Positions 1-8,310 of a stretch of 64,000 nt of DNA are shown here, piece after piece. The notes under the pieces were generated by a model. It saw nothing but the letters and a program-made list of their open reading frames with translations, searched no databases and was not told the origin of the DNA. A program made the position numbers and the translations under genes. Position 1 is the first letter of the stretch. Every line of letters starts with the position of its first letter. Source of the stretch: an uncultured Spirochaetales bacterium (GTDB lineage Bacteria; Myxococcota_A; UBA9160; UBA6930); the NCBI GenBank assembly GCA_964460485.1, contig CAYWRY010000001.1:21761-85760 (forward strand), given 5' to 3'.

Positions 1-167
1 AGCCAGCCGATCTGCGGGCCGTTGCCGTGGGTGACGACCACGGCATGCTCGCGCGCGAGCGCGGCGACGATCTCGGCGGCGCGCGCGACGGCGGTCTGCT
101 GCTGGGCGAGGGTGGCGCCGCCCGGCGGCGCCAGCGCGTGTCCGCCCAGCGCGACCACGAGCCTCAC
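1..167 (-). CDS. arcC: carbamate kinase, N-terminal part only (gene continues past the left edge)
   Basis: Not in the ORF track because there is no stop in the window. The reverse complement of 1..167 reads (GTG)RLVVALGGHALAPPGGATLAQQQTAVARAAEIVAALAREHAVVVTHGNGPQIGWL. This is an amino-acid-kinase N-terminus with the GNGPQ(V/I)G motif typical of carbamate kinase. The GTG at 165-167 overlaps the upstream stop (GTGA). Confidence 0.65.
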   Translation of the reverse strand, partial: MRLVVALGGHALAPPGGATLAQQQTAVARAAEIVAALAREHAVVVTHGNGPQIGW

Positions 168-1498
168 GGCAACGCTCGCGCGAGGAAGCCGTCGACGAAC
201 GCGCCGAGCCCGGGTTCGCGCGTCTCCGCGTACTCGTAGCGCGCGCGCACCACCGGCAGGCGCAGGCCGAGCAGCGCGGCGAGGTCGATGGGCGTGCCGG
301 CCACGATCGCGTCGGCGGGCGCGGCGTTCAGCGTGGCGGCGAGGGCGGCGCGCTGCGCGGCGTTGTAGCCCAGCGCCGGCAGCACGGGCCCGAGGTGCGG
401 GTAGCGCGCGAGCTCGGCCGCGAGCTCCGGGGGAGCGAACGGGCGCGCGTCTACGATCTCTCTCGCGCCCGCGCGCACCGCCGCCACGTAGCCGGCGCCG
501 TACGGCATGCCGCCGTGGGTGAGCGTCGGGCCGTCGTCCACCACCACCACGCGCTTGCCGCGCACGAGCGCGTCGTCGGCCAACGCGACGGGCGAGGCGC
601 CGCGCACGCGCGGCACGTGCGGTGCGATCGCCGCGAGCGCGGCTTCGACGCGCGCCACGCTCTCCGCCGGCGCCGCGTCGGACTTCGCCACGACGAACAC
701 GTCCGCCATCCGCGCCACCGCCTCGCCCGGATGGTGCGTGTCGACGTCGCCCGGACGCAGCGCGTCGGCGAGCACGACGTGGAGGCCGGGGCGCACGAAG
801 GGGAAGTCGTTGTTCCCACCGTCCCAGAGCAGGACGTCGGCCTCTGCTTCCGCCGCGCTCACGATCGCGCGGTAGTCGACGCCGGCGAACACCGTGCAAC
901 CGCGCTCCAGGTACGGCTCGTACTCCTCGCGCTCCTCGATCGTCGCCGCGGCGACGTCGAGGTCGGAGCGCATCGCGAATCGCTGGACGCGCTGCGCGGC
1001 GAGGTCGCCGTAGGGCATCGGGTGGCGCAGCGCGGCGACGCGCAGTCCGCGCACGCGTAGCCGAGCGGCGATCCAGCGCGCGACCTGGCTCTTGCCGCAG
1101 CCCGTGCGCACCGCCGAGACGGCGATCACCGGGCGCGCGGAGCGCAGCATGGTGCGCGGGCCCGCGAGCGAGAAGTCACAGCCGGCGGCGAGCGCGCGCG
1201 AGGCGAGGTGCATCACGTGAGCGTGGGTCACGTCGCTGTAGGCGAACACCACTTCGTGCGCCCCGTGCTTTGCACACAGCGCCTCCAGCGCGGACTCGGG
1301 CTCGATCGGCACCCCGTTCGGATAGAGCGAACCCGCCAGCGAGGCGGGAAAGGTCCGTCCGGCGATGCCCTCGATCTGCGCCGCCGTGAACGCGACGACC
1401 TCCACCGCCGGATCGTCGCGCCAGAGCGTCAGAAAGTCGTGGAAGTCGCGGCCCGCAGCGCCGAGCACCACGAGGCGCCGCCGCTGGCGGGCGCTCAC
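164..1498 (-). CDS. COG2403-type predicted GTPase / cyclic 2,3-diphosphoglycerate synthetase-like protein
   Basis: C-terminal 444 aa of track ORF 164..2470. GTG at 1496-1498 overlaps the upstream stop (GTGA). Translation VVLGAAGRDFHDF...AVRTGCGKSQVARW...LLWDGGNNDFPF is protein-like and matches this family from memory. The rest of the track ORF is Arg/Pro junk. Confidence 0.75.
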   Translation of the reverse strand: MSARQRRRLVVLGAAGRDFHDFLTLWRDDPAVEVVAFTAAQIEGIAGRTFPASLAGSLYPNGVPIEPESALEALCAKHGAHEVVFAYSDVTHAHVMHLASRALAAGCDFSLAGPRTMLRSARPVIAVSAVRTGCGKSQVARWIAARLRVRGLRVAALRHPMPYGDLAAQRVQRFAMRSDLDVAAATIEEREEYEPYLERGCTVFAGVDYRAIVSAAEAEADVLLWDGGNNDFPFVRPGLHVVLADALRPGDVDTHHPGEAVARMADVFVVAKSDAAPAESVARVEAALAAIAPHVPRVRGASPVALADDALVRGKRVVVVDDGPTLTHGGMPYGAGYVAAVRAGAREIVDARPFAPPELAAELARYPHLGPVLPALGYNAAQRAALAATLNAAPADAIVAGTPIDLAALLGLRLPVVRARYEYAETREPGLGAFVDGFLARALP

Positions 1499-2298
1499 GG
1501 CTTCGCGCGCTCTCCGCCCGCGCAGCGCACGCAGGCGGTGCTGCCCGGCAGCGCGCGCAGGCGCGCGACCGGGATGCGGTCGCCGCAGTGGTCGCAGATG
1601 CCGAAGCGCCCCTGCGCCGCGCGCTCGAGGGCGTGGTCGAGGGCCGCGAGCCGCCGCGCCTTGGCAGCCTCGAGCACTTCCGAGAGCTGCTCGTCGGTGC
1701 GCAGCGACGCGGCGTCGGCCTGGTCGCCGGGCTCGCGCCGCTCCTCCGTGCGCCGGCGGTCGCGTTCCGCGAACTGCGCCAGCTCCTTGGCCACCGCGTC
1801 GCGCTCGCGGCGCAGCTCTTTCAGCAGCGTCTGCTCGGGGGGGACCGGCGCGCGCTCCGTGCTGAGACGCTCCGTCCAGAGATGCGTGGCGAGCGCGCGC
1901 AGCGCGTCGGTCTCGGAGAGGATGCCCGCCAGTCGCCCCGCGCCGTCGACGATCGGCAGGCAGCCGATGCGCCGGTCCGCCATGCGCTCGGCGGCGTGCT
2001 GGAGGGAATCGTCGGGGCCGAGCGTGTCGGGCGCGTGAGTCATCAGGTCCGCAACCGTCCAGTTCGCTTCGGCGTCGCGGGCCTCGACGTCGATCGGGCC
2101 GCGCAGGCTCGCGCCGACGGGCAGGGCGCTGCGCAGGTCGTCGAGCGCGAGCACGCCGACCACGCGGCGGTCTCCGTCGACGACCGGGAGGTGGCGGACG
2201 CCGTGGCGAATCATGCGCTCGTGAGCGGCGAGCGCCGACTCGTCGGCGGTGGCGGTGACGGGGTCCCCGCTCATCCAGCTCTTGATGGCGTCGTGCAT
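1495..2298 (-). CDS. CBS-pair domain fused to a DksA/TraR C4 zinc-finger domain
   Basis: C-terminal 267 aa of ORF 1495..3717, starting MHDAIKSW with GGAGGA 6 nt upstream. The N-terminal half is two CBS-like repeats (HLPVVDGDRRVVGVLALDDL, CLPIVDGAGRLAGILSETD). The C-terminal half has a coiled coil, the tip motif DQADAA (DxxDxA) and CDHCGDRIPVARLRALPGSTACVRC (CxxC-N17-CxxC). Confidence 0.85.
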   Translation of the reverse strand: MHDAIKSWMSGDPVTATADESALAAHERMIRHGVRHLPVVDGDRRVVGVLALDDLRSALPVGASLRGPIDVEARDAEANWTVADLMTHAPDTLGPDDSLQHAAERMADRRIGCLPIVDGAGRLAGILSETDALRALATHLWTERLSTERAPVPPEQTLLKELRRERDAVAKELAQFAERDRRRTEERREPGDQADAASLRTDEQLSEVLEAAKARRLAALDHALERAAQGRFGICDHCGDRIPVARLRALPGSTACVRCAGGERAKP

Positions 2299-2333
2299 CG
2301 GGCTTCCTCCTTGCGCGTCGGCGGAAGGCCAGG

Positions 2334-2349
2334 TGCAAGCGTAGTGCCG
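2334..2349 (-). promoter_or_regulatory. sigma-54 (-24/-12) promoter candidate for the CBS-DksA operon
   Basis: Minus strand reads CGGCACTACGCTTGCA (GGCAC-N5-TTGCA, GG to GC spacing exact). There are 36 nt between the GC and the start codon at 2298, and that stretch contains the GGAGGA RBS. Confidence 0.7.
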
Positions 2350-2453
2350 CACGCGGCTCCTTCCGCACACGTTGCGTCCGGACTCGTCCCGGCGGGTCTG
2401 GGTCGCAGCGACCCACCCCGGGCGCGCCGCGGCATGGGCGCGTCGGGGTTCGG

Positions 2454-2469
2454 TGGCATCCTGCGTGCA
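2454..2469 (+). promoter_or_regulatory. sigma-54 promoter candidate for the K+ channel gene
   Basis: TGGCATCCTGCGTGCA with correct GG-N10-GC spacing. Only 16 nt lie between the GC and the ATG at 2485, so the predicted leader is very short. Divergent from the 2334..2349 site. Confidence 0.6.
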
Positions 2470-2484
2470 CGAGGTGCCGCCCAC

Positions 2485-3492
2485 ATGACGACGACCCCGG
2501 CGCAGCGCATCGCCTTCGCAGCCGCCGCGCTCGCGTTGATCGCGGCGTTCGGAACGGCGGGCTACGTGCTGCTCGAGGGGTGGCCGGTCCTCGACGCGCT
2601 CTACATGACGGTGACCACGATGACGACCGTGGGCTACCGCGAGGTCCATCCGCTGAGCCGCGCGGGTCTGGTCTTCACGATGGTGCTGATCGTCGTCGGG
2701 GTGGGCGGAGCCCTCTACCTGCTCACGCAGGTGGCGGAGCTCATCCTGGACCGCCGCCTGCGCGCGGGCCTGCGAAGGAGAGTCATGGAGCGCTCGATCG
2801 GAAGGCTGTCGGGGCACATCGTGGTGTGCGGGTACGGACGCTTCGGCCGCGTCGTGGCCGACGAGCTGCGCCGCGCCGGGGAGCCGGTCGTGGTCGTGGA
2901 CCTCTCGACCGCGCTCGAAGACGAGCTGGCGACGACAGGCCTGCCGTTCGTGATCGGCACGGCGGCGTCCGACGAGACCCTCGAGCGCGCCGGGGTCGCG
3001 CGCGCTCGAGCGATCGTGGTGGCGACCTCCTCGGACGCGGACAACGTCTTCATCACGCTCGCTGCGCGCGAGCTGAATCCCGGGATCCAGATCTACGCGC
3101 GGGGTGAGAGCGACGCCGCTGCCCGGCGCCTCGAGCGCGCGGGCGCATGCTCGGTGACCTCCCCCTTCCGCATCGGCGGCCAGCGCGTGGCGGCCTCGAT
3201 CCTGCGACCTTCCGTGGTCGATTTCCTCGAGATCGGGCGTCCCCGGCAAGGCGGCGAGGTGGACCTCGAGGAGGTGCGCGTCGCGGCGGGGTCCGCCCTC
3301 GTCGGGCGCGCAGTTCGCGATCTGGAAGCCGAGGCAAGCGGCGTGCGGGTCGTGGCCGTCAAGCGCGCCGGCGAGTCGATGTTGCTGGCGCCGGTCGCCG
3401 AAACGACCATCGGCGCCGGCGACCACGTCGTCGTGATCGGGTCGCGGGCGCCGCTGCTCAAGCTCGCGGAGTCTGCTGCGACCGGCCGCTGA
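2485..3492 (+). CDS. two-TM K+-channel-like protein with RCK (TrkA-N/TrkA-C) domains
   Basis: C-terminal 335 aa of ORF 1588..3492. Contains a pore helix and filter MTVTTMTTVGYRE, a Rossmann motif VVCGYGRFG and a TrkA-C-like tail. The filter is non-canonical: GYRE where GYGD is expected. Confidence 0.85.
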   Translation: MTTTPAQRIAFAAAALALIAAFGTAGYVLLEGWPVLDALYMTVTTMTTVGYREVHPLSRAGLVFTMVLIVVGVGGALYLLTQVAELILDRRLRAGLRRRVMERSIGRLSGHIVVCGYGRFGRVVADELRRAGEPVVVVDLSTALEDELATTGLPFVIGTAASDETLERAGVARARAIVVATSSDADNVFITLAARELNPGIQIYARGESDAAARRLERAGACSVTSPFRIGGQRVAASILRPSVVDFLEIGRPRQGGEVDLEEVRVAAGSALVGRAVRDLEAEASGVRVVAVKRAGESMLLAPVAETTIGAGDHVVVIGSRAPLLKLAESAATGR

Positions 3493-3580
3493 TTGGGGCA
3501 TCCGGAGACGGCTCGGCTCCCCGACGGGTCCATCTGCCCCGCCGCGCGGTGCCGGCTGATGCGAGGCCGCGCCTCGGCGC

Positions 3581-3596
3581 GGGCACGCCCTGTGCT
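3581..3596 (+). promoter_or_regulatory. sigma-54 promoter candidate for usp-mgtE
   Basis: GGGCACGCCCTGTGCT (GGCACG-N4-GTGC). There are 27 nt to the ATG at 3623, with GGAGGTG in between. Nearly identical to the 42852..42867 site. Confidence 0.6.
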
Positions 3597-3622
3597 CCGT
3601 TCGACCGGGCGGAGGTGACGTC

Positions 3623-4507
3623 ATGCGTGCCCCCCGCAAGATCGTGGTGGCGACGGACTTCTCCGCCTGCGCAGAGCGCGCGCTCTCGGTGGCGCTCGCG
3701 ATCGGCGCCCACGGCAAGGCCGAGATCCATCTCGTGCACGCGCTCGAGGTGCCCGCGGTGGCCTACACGCCCTACGCGACGGCGCTCCCCGACGACCTGC
3801 TGGCCGCCGCGCGCGAGTCGGCGCAGCGGCGCCTCGCCGGCGCGGAAGCGGGCGTCCGCGCGAGCGGCCTCCCGGTTTCGTCGAGCCTCGCGAGCGTGCC
3901 CGCCGGGTCGGCGATCGCGAGCACGGCCAAGCAGATCGGCGCGGATCTGGTGGTGGTCGGATCGCGTGGGCACACGGGGCTCAAGCGGCTCGCGCTGGGC
4001 AGCGTCGCCGAGCACACGGTGAAGGAGTCGCCAGTTTCAGTGCTGACCGTGCGCGGCGAGGGCCACGCCGAGACGCCGAGAGTGATCGTCGTCGGCGTCG
4101 ACTTCTCGGAGGGCTCCGAGCGCGCGGTGGCCCTCGCCGCGGACTGGGCGCGCAGCTTCGGCGCGCAGCTCCAGCTGGTGAACGGTCTCGCTCTGACGAT
4201 GCCGTTCCTCGCGCCCTACGAGGTGACGGTTCCCGACGCGCTGATCGACGAGAGCTACGCCAATGCGAACAAGCGGCTCGCGGCGATCGCCGAGACGCTG
4301 CGCGACCTCGACGTGCACGCGAGCGTGGTGAGCGCCGCGCCCCACGACGCGCTCGACACGGTCGCCGCGCGCGTGAAGGCGGACCTGATCGTGACCGGCT
4401 CGCGCGGGCTGCGCGGGCTCCGGCACGCGCTGCTGGGCAGCGTGGCCGAGCGCACGCTGCGCCACGCGCCGTGCAGCGTGCTCACCGTGAAGAGCGCCGT
4501 CGCGTAG
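3623..4507 (+). CDS. tandem universal stress protein (two UspA domains)
   Basis: Full track ORF, 294 aa. Both halves have USP hallmarks (KIVVATDFS...VVGSRGHTGLKRLALGSVAEHTV and VIVVGVDFS...VTGSRGLRGLRHALLGSVAERTL). Paralog of 40242..41126. Confidence 0.9.
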   Translation: MRAPRKIVVATDFSACAERALSVALAIGAHGKAEIHLVHALEVPAVAYTPYATALPDDLLAAARESAQRRLAGAEAGVRASGLPVSSSLASVPAGSAIASTAKQIGADLVVVGSRGHTGLKRLALGSVAEHTVKESPVSVLTVRGEGHAETPRVIVVGVDFSEGSERAVALAADWARSFGAQLQLVNGLALTMPFLAPYEVTVPDALIDESYANANKRLAAIAETLRDLDVHASVVSAAPHDALDTVAARVKADLIVTGSRGLRGLRHALLGSVAERTLRHAPCSVLTVKSAVA

Positions 4508-4521
4508 CGCAGGCGCGCGGG

Positions 4522-5520
4522 GTGGAGGTGGAGGCGCAAGCTGCCGCGCCGCGCGAGGGCGCGCTGGTGCTGTTCGAGACGGCCGCGCAGCACGCCACGC
4601 GGCGGGTACCGATCGCGCGCCCGGAGGAAGCCGCCGGCGTGCTGCGCGCCTCGCTCCTGGGACGGCGCTTCGACAGCGCCGCCCACGTGGTGGTGTGCGA
4701 CGCGAACGGACGCTTCCTCGGCCTGCTGCGCACCGAGGACCTGCTGTCGGCGCCCACACACGCGCCGGTGGGCGGGCTGATGGACGCCGCTGCGCCCGTC
4801 GTGGCGCCGGGCGTGGACCAGGAGGTCGCCGCCGTTCGCGCCGCGCAGCGCGGCGAATCGGCGCTCAGCGTCGTCGATGGCGACGGACGCTTCGTGGGGC
4901 TGATTCCGCCGGACCGACTGATCGCGGTCCTGCTCGCCGAGCACGAAGAGGATCTTTCGCACCACGGCGGCTTCCTGGTGCGCGCCGACGCCCTGCGCAC
5001 GAGCGAGGAGCCCGTGCGCATGCGCTTCCGCCATCGCCTGCCATGGCTTCTGCTCGGCCTCGCCTGTGCCCTCGCCGCGGCCGATCTCGTCGCCGGCTTC
5101 GCGACGACGCTCGAGCGGCGCGTCGCGCTCGCGTTCTTCCTGCCCGGCATCGTCTATCTCGCAGACGCCGTCGGCACGCAGACGGAGACGCTGGTCGTGC
5201 GGGCGCTGTCGCTGGGCGTCTCCCTGCGGCGCATGGCCGCGCGCGAGCTGCTGACCGGCTGCGCGATCGGCGTGGCGCTTGCGGCGCTGGCGTTTCCCCT
5301 GCTGTGGCTGCGCTGGCGGGAGGCGGACCTCGCAGCAGCGGTGTCGCTCGCGATGCTCGCCGCGTGCTCCACGGCGACCGTCGCAGCGATGGCGCTGCCG
5401 TGGCTGCTCCAGCGCTCTGGCTTCGACCCCGCCCTCGGCAGCGGCCCGCTCGCGACCGTGCTCCAGGACCTGATCTCGATCCTGCTGTTCTTCGGGATCG
5501 CGGGCGCGATCGCGCCGTGA
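4522..5520 (+). CDS. mgtE: MgtE-family Mg2+ transporter (CBS pair plus MgtE membrane domain, no long N-domain)
   Basis: ORF 4471..5520. The GTG at 4522 was chosen because it lies just after the usp stop, so the start is uncertain. Contains CBS-like repeats, then FFLPGIVYLADAVGTQTETLVVRAL and 5 hydrophobic segments. Confidence 0.8.
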   Translation: MEVEAQAAAPREGALVLFETAAQHATRRVPIARPEEAAGVLRASLLGRRFDSAAHVVVCDANGRFLGLLRTEDLLSAPTHAPVGGLMDAAAPVVAPGVDQEVAAVRAAQRGESALSVVDGDGRFVGLIPPDRLIAVLLAEHEEDLSHHGGFLVRADALRTSEEPVRMRFRHRLPWLLLGLACALAAADLVAGFATTLERRVALAFFLPGIVYLADAVGTQTETLVVRALSLGVSLRRMAARELLTGCAIGVALAALAFPLLWLRWREADLAAAVSLAMLAACSTATVAAMALPWLLQRSGFDPALGSGPLATVLQDLISILLFFGIAGAIAP

Positions 5521-5542
5521 GGCGCCGGGAGCGGCGCTGGGC

Positions 5543-6382
5543 TCAGTGCGGCTGCGACGGCGGGGGCGCGCCGCGGCGGCCCGGCAGGTACTCGACGCCC
5601 GGCTGGCGCCGCACGGGCTGCGGATAGAGGGCCATCAGCTGAAGGACCTCTGCCGGCATCTCGGTGGAGACGCTGAGGCCGAGCTTGCGCGCCTCGTCCA
5701 CGGTGACGGGGTAGTCGTGCGTCCAGCGGCCCTCGGACAGATCGCTCGCGAGCGTGTCGCGCACGTGCTCGGGGAGCCGGTCCGCGGTGATGTCCTGAAT
5801 CGTCTGGCGGAGCTGTTTCAGCGCCATCTCGCTCTGGTCGGCGAGGATCAGGGTCTCGTCGTCGACCTCGGCGATCGGTTTGCGCTCGACGGCGCGCAGG
5901 ATCGAGGCCGCCGGCGCGCCGCCGACCTGCGGATCCGCCGGGCCGAGCACCGCGTGCTCGCTCATCACGATCTCGTCGGCGGCGAGCGCGATCAGCGTGC
6001 CGCCCGACATCGCGTAGTGCGGCACGAACACGGTCACCTTGCCGGGCCGCCGCGCCAGCGCGCGCGCGATCTGCGTCGAGGCCAGCGCGAGGCCGCCGGG
6101 CGTGTGCAGGACGAGATCGATGGGCAGCGCGGGATCGGTGAGATGGATCGCGCGCAGGATCTGCTCCGAGTCGTCCACGTCGATGTACCGGAAGACCGGA
6201 ATGCCGAGGAAGCTCATCGTCTCCTGGCGGTGGACGAGCGAAATGACGCGCGAGCCGCGCGCCTGCTCGATGCGGCCGATCAGGCGCGCGCGCATCGCCT
6301 CGAGCAGGCGTTGCCGGATCATCGGCTGCACCGCGAGCGCCAGGAAAACCAGCCAGATCCACTCGCTCACGCGGCTCTCCAT
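5543..6382 (-). CDS. SDH-family Clp-fold serine protease (periplasmic/membrane-anchored, PF01972-like)
   Basis: C-terminal 279 aa of ORF 5543..6772, starting MESRVSEWIWLVFLALAV (N-terminal TM). Contains LVLHTPGGLALAS and HYAMSGGTLIALAADEIVM, typical of this family from memory. Confidence 0.75.
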   Translation of the reverse strand: MESRVSEWIWLVFLALAVQPMIRQRLLEAMRARLIGRIEQARGSRVISLVHRQETMSFLGIPVFRYIDVDDSEQILRAIHLTDPALPIDLVLHTPGGLALASTQIARALARRPGKVTVFVPHYAMSGGTLIALAADEIVMSEHAVLGPADPQVGGAPAASILRAVERKPIAEVDDETLILADQSEMALKQLRQTIQDITADRLPEHVRDTLASDLSEGRWTHDYPVTVDEARKLGLSVSTEMPAEVLQLMALYPQPVRRQPGVEYLPGRRGAPPPSQPH

Positions 6383-6414
6383 CGCACCGAACCGAGCGTC
6401 GCAGGGCACCAGAT

Positions 6415-6430
6415 AGCAAGCCGCATACCG
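6415..6430 (-). promoter_or_regulatory. sigma-54 promoter candidate for the protease gene
   Basis: Minus strand reads CGGTATGCGGCTTGCT. The spacing is exact and the -12 TTGCT is perfect, but the -24 is GGTAT. There are 33 nt to the start at 6382. Almost identical to the acs site at 22541..22556. Confidence 0.5.
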
Positions 6431-6562
6431 CGCGCGGGCCGCCGGCGCCGCAAGATCGCACAGAAGCCGGGGCCTCGCGCCTCGCATCGCGCCGCGTTGA
6501 GGCACAGGTCCGCAGCCCGCACGGGCCGCGGCAGCCATCGTGTCCGGAGCCAGTGCCGCGCG

Positions 6563-6578
6563 CGGCATGCGCGTTGCA
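6563..6578 (+). promoter_or_regulatory. sigma-54 promoter candidate for the hsp20-CxxCH-groEL-hpf operon
   Basis: CGGCATGCGCGTTGCA (GGCAT-N5-TTGCA). There are 37 nt to the ATG at 6615, with AGGAGG at 6602-6607. Confidence 0.7.
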
Positions 6579-6614
6579 CAGCTTCTCGACGCCACCTTCA
6601 CAGGAGGAATGACG

Positions 6615-7076
6615 ATGGCGGAGAAAGAGAAGCGGGCGATCGCCCGCTGGAACCCGTTCGAGGATCTGGGCTGGTGGTTCCCGAGTCTCTCGCGCACGAG
6701 CGAGGGCGACCTGCTCGAAGACTTCTGGGGCCGTCGCGGCCCCGGGCAGTTTTCGCCGGCGACCGACATCACCGAGGACGACGGCCACTACGTCGTGAGC
6801 GCCGAGCTGCCGGGCATGAAACGCAGCGACATCAGCGTCGACGTCCACGACGGCGTGCTCACGATCCGCGGCGAGAAGAAGAGTGAACGCGAGGAGAAGA
6901 GCGAGAAGCGCCGCTACGTGGAGCGCAGCTTCGGCGCGTTCAGCCGCGCGTTCACCCTGCCGAGCGACGCCGACGAGAGCAAGGTCGAGGCGACCTTCAA
7001 GGATGGCGTCCTCACCGTCACGCTTGCGAAGTCCGAGGCCCGCAAACCTCGCGTCATCGACGTGAAGGCGTCGTGA
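6615..7076 (+). CDS. Hsp20/alpha-crystallin small heat-shock protein
   Basis: ORF 6540..7076. The ATG at 6615 sits 7 nt after AGGAGG. Alpha-crystallin core: DITEDDGHYVVSAELPGMKRSDISVDVHDGVLTIRGEKK...FSRAFTLPSDADESKVEATFKDGVLTVTL. Paralog at 42906..43361. Confidence 0.9.
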   Translation: MAEKEKRAIARWNPFEDLGWWFPSLSRTSEGDLLEDFWGRRGPGQFSPATDITEDDGHYVVSAELPGMKRSDISVDVHDGVLTIRGEKKSEREEKSEKRRYVERSFGAFSRAFTLPSDADESKVEATFKDGVLTVTLAKSEARKPRVIDVKAS

Positions 7077-8266
7077 TGCGATACGCAGCGGGAGTCGCGC
7101 TGGCGACTGGGCTCTCGTTGCTCTCGTGGGCCGCGCGCGCGGAAGCTCCGTCCGATCCGGATGCCGCCGCGCGCGCGGCCATGCAGCGCGTCTACGCGGC
7201 GATGACCGTGCTGTTGCCGGCCTCGGCGAAGGACGGCGGCTTCTCGGATCCCGCGCAGCGCGAGCAGCTGCGCGGCGCGTTCGAGACGCTGCGGGGGGCG
7301 GCCGTCGACCTGCGCGCCCACGGCACGAGCCGCGACGCGAGCTTCGGCCTGCACGCGAGCAACCTCGCCGACGACGCGCTGAACGCCAGCAGCGCCTTCG
7401 CCCTCGGCGACGAGGAGGAGGCGCGCTTCGCCTTCACGTTGCTGACCCAGCGCTGTACCGACTGCCACTCGCGGCTTCCCGACGTACAGGACTCGCCGCT
7501 CGCCGCGCGGCTCGTGCAGCTTCCGGAGGTGAAGGCGCTCGCTCCGCTCGAGCGCGCGCGCGTCGACGTCGCGCTGCGGCGCTTCGACGAGGCGCTCGCC
7601 ACCTGGGAGCAGGCATTTTCCGAGCCGGCGATCCCGCCCGCGGAGCATGAGCTGGCGGGCACGCTGGCCGACTATCTGACGATCGCGCTGCGCGTGAAGG
7701 CCGACGCGCAGCGCCCGCAGGCGGTGCTGCGCAAGTTGGCGAATCGTCCGGACGCGCCGGGCTATCTGCGCAACCGGTTGGTGGCGTGGGCGGTCTCGCT
7801 CGCCCGCGTCGGAGCGGAGCTCGCCCAGTCGACGCCTTCCATCCAGCACGCCCGCGAGTGGGCGATGATGGCGCGCAACCTGTCGGACCTGCCGACCGCC
7901 CGCGACGGGTTGGTCTACGACCTGGCGGCGTCGAGCCTCTTGCTGCGCTGGATCGACGCGCGCGAGAAGGGCAGTCGGGCGCCGCAAGACCTCGAGCTGG
8001 CGACCGCGTACTACGAGCTGGCGGTGATCGAAGACCGCACGGCGTTCTCGATCTGGGCGCCGCGCACGGACGTGTACATGGAGGCGGCGGTGCGCGCCGC
8101 GCCCTCGGGCCCGCTCGCGCGCCGTGCCTACGCGCGGGTCGAGGAGCAGCTCATGACCGAGCTGGGCGCGACCAGCCCCGACGGCTTGCCCGAGCCCGAA
8201 CGCGCGCGCCTCGCGGCGCTGCGCGCGCTGGTCGAGGGCGCCCACGCCGGCGGCAAGGCGAAGTAG
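7073..8266 (+). CDS. secreted helical protein with a single CxxCH motif (function unknown)
   Basis: Full ORF, 397 aa. ATGA overlap with the hsp20 stop. Signal peptide [25 protein letters not shown] and a CTDCH motif. Alignable along its whole length to 30882..32117 (CAGCH). Confidence 0.75.
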   Translation: MMRYAAGVALATGLSLLSWAARAEAPSDPDAAARAAMQRVYAAMTVLLPASAKDGGFSDPAQREQLRGAFETLRGAAVDLRAHGTSRDASFGLHASNLADDALNASSAFALGDEEEARFAFTLLTQRCTDCHSRLPDVQDSPLAARLVQLPEVKALAPLERARVDVALRRFDEALATWEQAFSEPAIPPAEHELAGTLADYLTIALRVKADAQRPQAVLRKLANRPDAPGYLRNRLVAWAVSLARVGAELAQSTPSIQHAREWAMMARNLSDLPTARDGLVYDLAASSLLLRWIDAREKGSRAPQDLELATAYYELAVIEDRTAFSIWAPRTDVYMEAAVRAAPSGPLARRAYARVEEQLMTELGATSPDGLPEPERARLAALRALVEGAHAGGKAK

Positions 8267-8310
8267 CCGCCGCACGAAGCTCGGAAGCGAGCACCGGAGG
8301 AGAGTTCGCC

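Noticed and set aside
6404-6420. Plus-strand GGGCACCAGATAGCA upstream of hsp20, which resembles a -24/-12 site.
   Set aside because: With the GGCAC register, the GC falls one position short of the required GG-N10-GC spacing. The properly spaced site at 6563..6578 is a much better candidate.
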